From Promethearchaeota archaeon (lineage in GTDB: Archaea > Asgardarchaeota > Thorarchaeia > Thorarchaeales > Thorarchaeaceae), in the NCBI GenBank assembly GCA_048939935.1, contig JBHLPA010000001.1:1-31077 (forward strand): a stretch of 31,077 nt of DNA, written 5' to 3'. Position numbers and translations under genes: made by a program. Positions 25,301-31,077 of the stretch are shown piece by piece. Numbering within the stretch: the stretch's first letter is position 1; the number at the start of each line of letters is the position of its first letter. Below the pieces are notes generated by a model that was not told where the DNA came from, searched no databases, and saw only the letters and a program-made list of their open reading frames with translations.

Positions 25301-26096
25301 AAAGATAAGGGAAATGATGGATTCATCAGAGGATTTCAATGATGTTAGTGTTGTTTCTGCATTTCCGAGAGCTCTAGACTCAATTATTGGAAACTTGGCA
25401 CAGGAATCTGATACTTCTGAAATCTCCTCAGTCCAGACTAGGTTGGCAGAGGATGGGGACTCTAGTGAGCACGTAGATTTGATTGGTGCGATGCATGGTG
25501 TAGGGTCTGCTACAAACCGTGCAATCCAGATTCGATTATGGTTTGGCTTGATTCAAGATCTTGTAGACATATCAAATGGTCAAGTTAAATGGGAAGAACT
25601 GTTGGAATTCATTGAAACCACTGCTCTTCAGTCATTAAAAGGAAGATCAGCTCCATTGAATATTGAGGAGGGAAAAAGGGCATTGACAGAGTTGTTAGCT
25701 GATGAGGTTCTGATTGCTCTTCGGGTCAATAATGATTCTCGATTCGTCGAACTTGATGAGGGTCTCTGGTTGGTTAATTCTACTGTTCTTAAGAGTTTCA
25801 AAGAAAAAGCAATAGATATGATTGGAGAAGAGCTGAAAAAGAAAAACTCCACAGTTTCAAAGAATCATGGATATTATGATCTTTGTGTTGGCGATACTTC
25901 TTATGTGATATTTCCAAATCAACAACAACTGAATACTCTTCTTAATCTGCATAGTGATGTTGCTTGTAGGACCTGTAAATCAACAAGAGTTGTTTGTGTT
26001 TTGACTGCATCAGAATATCTAGAAGAGAGTGTGACTACACCAAGTAATCTGATTATCAGGACAATGGATGATAACACATCAGCACTGGTTACTTGA
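22311..26096 (+). CDS. Membrane-anchored HerA/VirB4/VirD4-superfamily (DUF87-type) ATPase with long C-terminal wHTH-containing extension
   Basis: Two N-terminal hydrophobic segments, HVAILGATGTGKTT Walker A (about 23682-23705), FDVKGSEY, VILDLS, Walker B VVVLEEA, QRATGQG...STRP, NTSTKISFRL. GAGGAG SD before the ATG. Confidence 0.88.
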   Translation: MPFHFAQPEETGSGSEKLYRRTWIELLRIAGVMIAVFYLLLVYLLPLTGLVSLPVVPFKGFIEVIICSIPFATSLVLTARKIRLQNPLICIESNTLLIQLDDHVIGTCCLDIESVSGSVLLDENGKPRYNETMLLAMRAGMDKSVTMAFEAGVEKGEPFLHIFITAMVHSPNHIQEILRREATRTEAILLSSLHNVEMHLLEGDSLRNAILTHLSGVGIVDNNLSINEETKSMGVLLLQGMPRSYPTQDSSQIGTFISTALRQGYETSMTCVFSASKPGKEKRVLENKWKSIQAKEKRKEESLQDYATKKKLVFRFEEIQDSSGWFDTTVYFKVKTSTESTIEADLDGVSGLVLSIWGGSDSIRFGSVKLSRRTIFRILSRRHLKRQRMHIVRLSSFINTPIRQLPVITPKQAPVFPVPPKGVVDHELVIGETIFEGRRLSKVGLKTDWLREHVAILGATGTGKTTLVKQLMAQLSVKTDVPWWIFDVKGSEYLALTDYGESEIVVLKPGLDSSFSFNLIDPELIDDENYTHSTFVILRELLNERGDSSELSPAMEKLLRDSVMLVMESADRGNSVRSLVSAVSELSNNDRIGNMTRDALLNRLEILTREPLGSILGGKPETIRFKDLLDRRVILDLSYVARVGGMDSARFLYNLVAKRIFDSAMKRGIIEGLHHVVVLEEASNLVPESYTRHSAADVTTGESMVMLQRATGQGVIVVSTRPNISSNILANTSTKISFRLPYDSQIGARFLSLNERQEQYLRTLKRGRGLMSIPHSETFEIVTERFHEPRKEDRTESSSIEDVPIIEKPVSSRKEDMPITDSKIKEPDEVPESQTLVFNRIDRLGSHVVAFLASEGWATEREICNLLSVLDSRVADDDISEVIRNLVSLGSVEREALSLVDGGFVYTLPGKAMVAIRQIIIEYISGKLGIEYNPVTISDNPDWPDIVFEDKAVVIIPEHLRASTISLTLDLIRNKMSKLQNGVSELFVVVRGSVAAAKIREMMDSSEDFNDVSVVSAFPRALDSIIGNLAQESDTSEISSVQTRLAEDGDSSEHVDLIGAMHGVGSATNRAIQIRLWFGLIQDLVDISNGQVKWEELLEFIETTALQSLKGRSAPLNIEEGKRALTELLADEVLIALRVNNDSRFVELDEGLWLVNSTVLKSFKEKAIDMIGEELKKKNSTVSKNHGYYDLCVGDTSYVIFPNQQQLNTLLNLHSDVACRTCKSTRVVCVLTASEYLEESVTTPSNLIIRTMDDNTSALVT

Positions 26097-26097
26097 A

Positions 26098-26901
26098 CTA
26101 TGGCTGAAGTCTTGTACAGATAGTTGATTCATTTTGTAAAAGAGACTCAAGACGACCAGGCACTGTCAAATTGAAAATGATGATTTCTCTATTCTCTTCA
26201 GATAGTTCAAGAAGTTCGCTTATTTTCTTAGACATTCCACCTGTAACATCTGTGTTGGTTGATGGTCCTGCCTTAGATAAGATGTCTTCTTTGTTCTTTT
26301 GATTGATTATGGGAATATGTTTAGCTGAAGGATTTACTTTGGGATTGTCATCCAGAACCCCATCAACATCAGTTCCAATGAGTACTGTTTTTGCGTTCAA
26401 CTCCTTAGCCAGATATACTGCAATTGTGTCACCACTGAGAATAGAAGCAGCTCTTTCTTCATCGAAACATACATCTCCGTGGGTAATCACAACAAGCTTA
26501 TTGTCAAGTGTTTTTCTGATTATATTGGTAGGATAACTTTGTATTATACCATTTTTCAGTGATACAGACATGAAAGGAGAAATGACTACTGCAGGAATCC
26601 CTTCTTTGTTTAGACTAGTTTCTACAGATGATGATAGTTTAGACATATTATGTCGGATTAGTGGGATACCTTTCAAGAGGAGATTCTTGGAACTATTGGG
26701 ATCTGCGTAGCCATGTGAATAAGCTGCTTGGTGACCATGTGCTCCGCCGCCAAGGATTATTATTAGATCACCACTATGTGTCTTAAGCTCCTTTGCTATT
26801 CGGGCTAAGTTCTTATCATTGACCTTTGGAGGTGTTGAGTCTTTATGTGTAATTACTGACCCGCCTAGTTTCACAATAGTGAGTGACTTCAATTGTATCA
26901 C
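26098..26901 (-). CDS. ipk: Isopentenyl phosphate kinase (amino acid kinase family)
   Basis: VKLGGSVITHK, GGGAHGH (catalytic His), HGDV, ILSGD, DVTGGMxxKI. Confidence 0.93.
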   Translation of the reverse strand: MIQLKSLTIVKLGGSVITHKDSTPPKVNDKNLARIAKELKTHSGDLIIILGGGAHGHQAAYSHGYADPNSSKNLLLKGIPLIRHNMSKLSSSVETSLNKEGIPAVVISPFMSVSLKNGIIQSYPTNIIRKTLDNKLVVITHGDVCFDEERAASILSGDTIAVYLAKELNAKTVLIGTDVDGVLDDNPKVNPSAKHIPIINQKNKEDILSKAGPSTNTDVTGGMSKKISELLELSEENREIIIFNLTVPGRLESLLQNESTICTRLQP

Positions 26902-27037
26902 ACAATATCAAGTTGGAGGTCATGCTTATGGACATTGCTTTTCTCAAGAATTAGATTTTGCCACACACAAGACAAGGTTTTTATCCGGTTCAGATTTGGA
27001 AGCGTCGGACACCTCGCCAAAATTGAGGGATTCTTAA

Positions 27038-27349
27038 ATGACTCAGAGAGCAAGAATCAGATTATCCAGCACAAGTACAGAACACCTAGATGGTGTATGT
27101 AATCAAATCAAGAGGATTACTCGCAAGACAGGTGTCCGAATGGCTGGTCCGATACCTTTACCAACTCGTAGAATGGTTATTCCAACTAGAAAGACTCCTT
27201 GTGGTCAGGGATCTGAGTCTTGGGATAAGTGGGAGATGAGAGTCCACAAACGGTTGATTGACATTGATGCAGATGAAAGAGCTATTCGTCAGATAATGCG
27301 TGTAAGAATCCCTGATTCTGTCTATATTGAGATTGAACTGACTGGTTAA
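27038..27349 (+). CDS. rpsJ: 30S ribosomal protein S10 (uS10)
   Basis: [40 protein letters not shown]. Confidence 0.98.
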   Translation: MTQRARIRLSSTSTEHLDGVCNQIKRITRKTGVRMAGPIPLPTRRMVIPTRKTPCGQGSESWDKWEMRVHKRLIDIDADERAIRQIMRVRIPDSVYIEIELTG

Positions 27350-27457
27350 TATCATCCATTCAATCAGTTCATTGTCAGCTGTACAATTGTGACCTGATAC
27401 AAACCCTTTTTGCACAATTCTACTAGGAACTTTCACTGCTCATGAGGTTTCTCAGAG

Positions 27458-29281
27458 ATGTGTGGAATAATTGCTATAGTACAAAAACGTGGTGTCGTTG
27501 CCCCCTTTCTACACCAGGCATTGAAACGTCTTGAATATCGGGGATACGATTCAGTTGGAGTAACTACGATTGCAGGTAACACATTATACACTAAGAAAGA
27601 TAAAGGGAAGATTGAGGAGGTTCATAATCGACTCGACCTCGATGATATGCCAGGACTGATTGGGATTGGTCACACTCGTTGGGCTACTCACGGAGCACCA
27701 TCTCTACCAAATGCACATCCTCACTTTGATTGTGAAAACAATATTGCAGTGGTGCATAACGGCGTTATTGATAATTTCATGGAGCTTAGAAAAGAGCTTA
27801 GTGAGAAAGGTCATAAATTCAATTCTGAAACCGACACGGAAGTAATTCCTCATATGATTGAGGACTATATGAAGGAAGGTTTGGATTTAGCAAGCTCGAT
27901 AAAGGAAGTTACCAAGCGTATCGAAGGAACATATGCAATAGTAGCGATGGCAGCTAAAGAGGATGGAAAGATTGTTTGTACGCGTGATGGGAATCCATTA
28001 GTCATTGGGACAAAAGCTGGAGCATCGTATGTTTCTTCGGACATTCCAGCATTCTTACCCATGACAAACGATATGATTCTTTTACTTGATGGGGAAATAG
28101 CAACTCTAACAACAGATGGAATTCATATTGAGAAGCTATCTGATGGATCAACAGTTGAACGTGAACCAATTAAGATTAGTTGGACAGCTGATCAAGCACA
28201 GAAAAGTGGATATCCTCATTTCATGTTAAAGGAGATACATGAACAACCTGATGCCATTAAGGACACGCTTAGACTTCCACCAGATAGTATTAATTCTGCA
28301 GCCAAGTTAATCAAAGAATCTGAAAATATCTACATGTTAGCAATGGGTACTTCAGGACATGCTGCAATAGCAGGACGACACATGTTTGCGTCACTGTCAG
28401 GAATTTTACCTTCATTTGAGCTGGCTAGCGACTTTCCTGATACTGTATATGGAGCATTAACCGAGAAGGATTGTATTATTGCTATTACACAGTCAGGTGA
28501 AACTACTGATACTATTACTGCAGCCAAGTATGCAAAACAATATGGTACGAAGATAATAGCAATCACTAATGTTGTTGGAAGCTCAATTACCAGACTAGCT
28601 GATCACACGATTATCACACAGGCAGGCCCAGAGATAGGTGTCGCTGCAACCAAGACGTTCATGGTTCAGCTTACCTCTTTGGCTCTCATCGCCTTAGCAT
28701 TGGGAGAAATCACAGGATTCAAGGATTCAGCAGAAATTAGGCAAAAAAGGAATTCATTGGAGCAACTACCAGAGCTTATATCTGAGGTTATCTCAAGAAA
28801 TGAAGAAAGAGCACGGAGACTAGCATCAATCCTCTATCAAAAATCCAGTCTTCTTTTCTTGGGAAGAGGAATATCAATGGCTACTGCTGAGGAAGGAGCA
28901 CTCAAACTAAAGGAGATTGCATACAATCACGCAGAAGCATACTCTGCTGGAGAATCAAAGCACGGACCCATTGCACTTGTTCAAAATGATTATCCTGTCA
29001 TATTCGTAGCTCCTTCCGATGAAACTAGAAACCGAATTGTTGGTAATATTATGGAAATGAAAGCAAGAGGTGCTACTATTATCTCAGTAATCCAAAAGGA
29101 AGACAGTGAGATAACAAAATTGTCAGATTATATTTTCACAATTACAAGACCAGTAGAAACAGAATTTTCAATCATGCCGTATATTGTACCATTACAATTA
29201 TTCAGCTATTATATGGCCCTAAGAAAAGGCTATGATCCAGACAAACCACGTAATCTTGCTAAGTCTGTTACAGTTCTTTAG
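27458..29281 (+). CDS. glmS: Glutamine-fructose-6-phosphate aminotransferase (isomerizing)
   Basis: N-terminal MCGI, LEYRGYDS, GHTRWATHG, HNG, SETDTE, QSGET, ALKLKE, PRNLAKSVTV. Confidence 0.98.
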   Translation: MCGIIAIVQKRGVVAPFLHQALKRLEYRGYDSVGVTTIAGNTLYTKKDKGKIEEVHNRLDLDDMPGLIGIGHTRWATHGAPSLPNAHPHFDCENNIAVVHNGVIDNFMELRKELSEKGHKFNSETDTEVIPHMIEDYMKEGLDLASSIKEVTKRIEGTYAIVAMAAKEDGKIVCTRDGNPLVIGTKAGASYVSSDIPAFLPMTNDMILLLDGEIATLTTDGIHIEKLSDGSTVEREPIKISWTADQAQKSGYPHFMLKEIHEQPDAIKDTLRLPPDSINSAAKLIKESENIYMLAMGTSGHAAIAGRHMFASLSGILPSFELASDFPDTVYGALTEKDCIIAITQSGETTDTITAAKYAKQYGTKIIAITNVVGSSITRLADHTIITQAGPEIGVAATKTFMVQLTSLALIALALGEITGFKDSAEIRQKRNSLEQLPELISEVISRNEERARRLASILYQKSSLLFLGRGISMATAEEGALKLKEIAYNHAEAYSAGESKHGPIALVQNDYPVIFVAPSDETRNRIVGNIMEMKARGATIISVIQKEDSEITKLSDYIFTITRPVETEFSIMPYIVPLQLFSYYMALRKGYDPDKPRNLAKSVTVL

Positions 29282-29314
29282 GTCCTTAAATCGTACTAAG
29301 ACACAGAATATTGT

Positions 29315-29572
29315 GTGAAACCGATGTGGCTGTTTACAATTCTTAGTCCATTAACTGACTTTGCTAACTTGATAGCAGGGTATTTTATGGAAATTTGGGA
29401 ATTCCTAATTTTCATAGGGAATATCTCAGCATTCGTAGTTGTCTTAGTGGGTGTAATATTATGGTTCACTGGAGTGAATGATAAAAGGGGGAAAGGATTG
29501 GTCTTGAGCGGTATTCTTCTAGCAATAATTGTTCAGTATTTTGTTTTCTACCCACCTTCATTCATATTATAG
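29315..29572 (+). CDS. Small membrane protein, VirB2/TrbC pilin-like
   Basis: 85 aa. Amphipathic N-helix, TM1 (FVVVLVGVILWFTG), short basic loop NDKRGK, TM2 (LVLSGILLAIIVQYF). Own TATA-like CTTAAA at 29285-29290. The family call is by pattern only. Confidence 0.5.
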   Translation: MKPMWLFTILSPLTDFANLIAGYFMEIWEFLIFIGNISAFVVVLVGVILWFTGVNDKRGKGLVLSGILLAIIVQYFVFYPPSFIL

Positions 29573-30781
29573 TAGTTCTTTTGCAATTGTGTCAATTGTA
29601 TCCGCAAGACAGTCTATATCATTTAGTGAATTATAAACATGAATAGATGCTTGAATCATTCCATCGTTTGAGATTGATTGAACAAGAGGATGTGAACATA
29701 ATAAACCGCTTCTCACAGCGATGTTAGACTCATCAAGAAAAAGAGCCACATCATGACAATTAATTCCCCCTTCTGAACTGAGGTTGAATCCAAATATTGT
29801 GTTATTTTCATCAGGTGTCCCATAAAGTGTGAGGCTATCTATCTCGGTGAGTTTTTGAACCATGTGCTTTGAAAGCATGTTCATGTGTTTAGCAAGACCT
29901 TGTGATTTAAGCTGGACAAGAAATTCAAGGGAAGCATTCAATCCAGCGATGGCTGGTAGATTCAGAATTCCAGATTCGAACTTGTCTGGTTGTAGGGCAA
30001 CCTCAAACATCTCGTTTTCTACATTTGCAACTGAGGAATTCCCCAGAATCCCTGGTGTGTGACTCTCGCCAACAGATTTGTTGATCCACTGAATAGCCAG
30101 TCCAGGTGGACCCATAAGACCTATGTTTCCTGATAGAAGAAGTATATCGGAACCGAGTGTTGTTAGCTTTTCATTAGTAAGTCCTGCTGAACGTGTGACA
30201 TCAGTCAAAAGAATTGCGTCTGACTGATGAACAATTTCAGCGACTTTTTGTATTGGATTATGTGAACCAATACCTGGCAATACATGACCTACTGCTACAA
30301 TACCTGTTTTTTCATCCACTGCTTTTTCTAATTCATCAAGAAGAAGAGTCCCTTCATCGTCAATTGGTACGATTTTAGTTTCTAATCCGAGAATTTTAGC
30401 TGACCGAAGTATAGAAACAAGGATTGAGTTCTCTTCGCTCTGTCCAATCACAATTTTGTTCTTTCCACTTTTTTTCCAATCGAAGCCAAACATGAAAGAT
30501 GCAACAGCAGTGGGGATTGATTTTTGAAAGGATATCTGAGCACTCTCAGTTTCAAAGTAGGCAGCCAATGATTTTCTGGTGTCTTCTACAATAGTACTAC
30601 CCTTCACTGCAAGACGATGAGCTCCACGTCGTGCTGATGCCACAACCGAATCGAGAAATGAGTGTGTTGCGTTCACAGCTACACGTGGGACAAGTGTGGT
30701 ACTTGCTGAATCAAAGTAGGCTAATTCTGGAAAGTGATCGTAAACACCAAATTCGTGTTTTATGTCAAGTACATCAGGCAT
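29567..30781 (-). CDS. SufS/cysteine desulfurase-like class V aminotransferase with degenerate PLP site
   Basis: YFDSASTT, PDKFESGILN, RSGLLCSHP (catalytic Cys retained). The SGHK motif reads SGNI and DxxQ reads DVTR. Confidence 0.85.
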   Translation of the reverse strand: MPDVLDIKHEFGVYDHFPELAYFDSASTTLVPRVAVNATHSFLDSVVASARRGAHRLAVKGSTIVEDTRKSLAAYFETESAQISFQKSIPTAVASFMFGFDWKKSGKNKIVIGQSEENSILVSILRSAKILGLETKIVPIDDEGTLLLDELEKAVDEKTGIVAVGHVLPGIGSHNPIQKVAEIVHQSDAILLTDVTRSAGLTNEKLTTLGSDILLLSGNIGLMGPPGLAIQWINKSVGESHTPGILGNSSVANVENEMFEVALQPDKFESGILNLPAIAGLNASLEFLVQLKSQGLAKHMNMLSKHMVQKLTEIDSLTLYGTPDENNTIFGFNLSSEGGINCHDVALFLDESNIAVRSGLLCSHPLVQSISNDGMIQASIHVYNSLNDIDCLADTIDTIAKELL

Positions 30782-30834
30782 AATTAGTATTCATGTAATG
30801 AACGACTTTAATACCATACTATGTATTGGGCGCA

Positions 30835-31077
30835 GTGATTCTTTTGACTACGAATCTCGCTGAAGGATACTTCATAATCACAACAGATGGTCTCATCTTT
30901 GAAGTCAAAGGTATTGTTCATCCTAGAGATCGTGTCATAGCATATCTACGGTATGTACCTACTCCAAGTGGATATCAGAAAGTGTATGATCTCAATGAGA
31001 GAGAGAACTATCTCCGAACCAATTATTCTTCGTATCTTTGGTTTAGTGAGCCTCATGGGAGAGTAGTCCAGTCTGTT
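30835..31077 (+). CDS. COG1665-like archaeal nucleotidyltransferase-domain protein, N-terminal part (3'-partial)
   Basis: Not in the ORF track. Manual translation from GTG 30835 gives ...EGYFIITTDGLIFEVKGIVHPRDRVIAYLRYVP...YQKVY, open to the window end. Confidence 0.7.
   Translation, partial: MILLTTNLAEGYFIITTDGLIFEVKGIVHPRDRVIAYLRYVPTPSGYQKVYDLNERENYLRTNYSSYLWFSEPHGRVVQSV

Noticed and set aside
14236-26096. Integrated conjugative element or provirus inserted at tRNA-Glu or tRNA-Gly
   Set aside because: No integrase, relaxase or primase gene, no duplicated tRNA 3' end that I could find, and core genes (rpo8, tfb) are interspersed.
755-30062. Roughly 40 short alternative-frame or antisense ORFs in the track (e.g. 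1714-2013, 9538-9948, 13203-13385, 19930-20133, 20048-20359, 24848-25243)
   Set aside because: They lie within well-supported genes or tRNAs and show no recognisable motifs. They are shadow ORFs.
1-31077. CRISPR arrays, IS elements, rRNA, selenocysteine read-through genes
   Set aside because: I saw no regularly spaced repeats, transposase motifs or rRNA-like segments. No pair of ORFs is separated by an in-frame TGA that would suggest Sec recoding.

Overview
Core-chromosome segment of an archaeon, probably Asgard (Thorarchaeia-like). The taxonomic call is inferred from gene content and protein style (Rpo8, Gins23 next to MCM, large Ig-like surface proteins), not from a database search. The left part (1-13.3 kb) is an RNA-modification, replication and repair cluster: Trm11 fragment, UPF0201, UPF0200 kinase, ThpR, tRNA-Pro with two introns, an HDAC-family deacetylase, Hel308, MCM, Gins23, RFC-S/L, TruA, a wHTH protein, an Orc1-2-type Cdc6, a candidate box C/D-like sRNA and tRNA-Gly. 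The middle (14.2-26.1 kb) holds Rpo8, a divergent TFB paralogue, a TadA/VirB11-type ATPase, a Flp-like prepilin, tRNA-Glu with a D-stem (10/11) intron, two large exported Ig-like proteins and a 1261-aa membrane-anchored HerA/VirB4/VirD4-type ATPase. The right part has IPK, uS10, GlmS, a VirB2/TrbC-like small membrane protein, a SufS-like protein lacking the PLP lysine and the start of a COG1665-like nucleotidyltransferase. Main hypothesis: the Orc1-2-type Cdc6, TFB paralogue, pilus ATPase, pilins and DNA-translocase-like ATPase form a chromosomal, possibly damage-regulated cell-contact/DNA-exchange system analogous to Orc1-2/TFB3/Ups/Ced of Sulfolobales. The cdc6 and tfb upstream regions share an exact 12-bp motif. 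No integrase, transposase, CRISPR array, intein or rRNA was seen.
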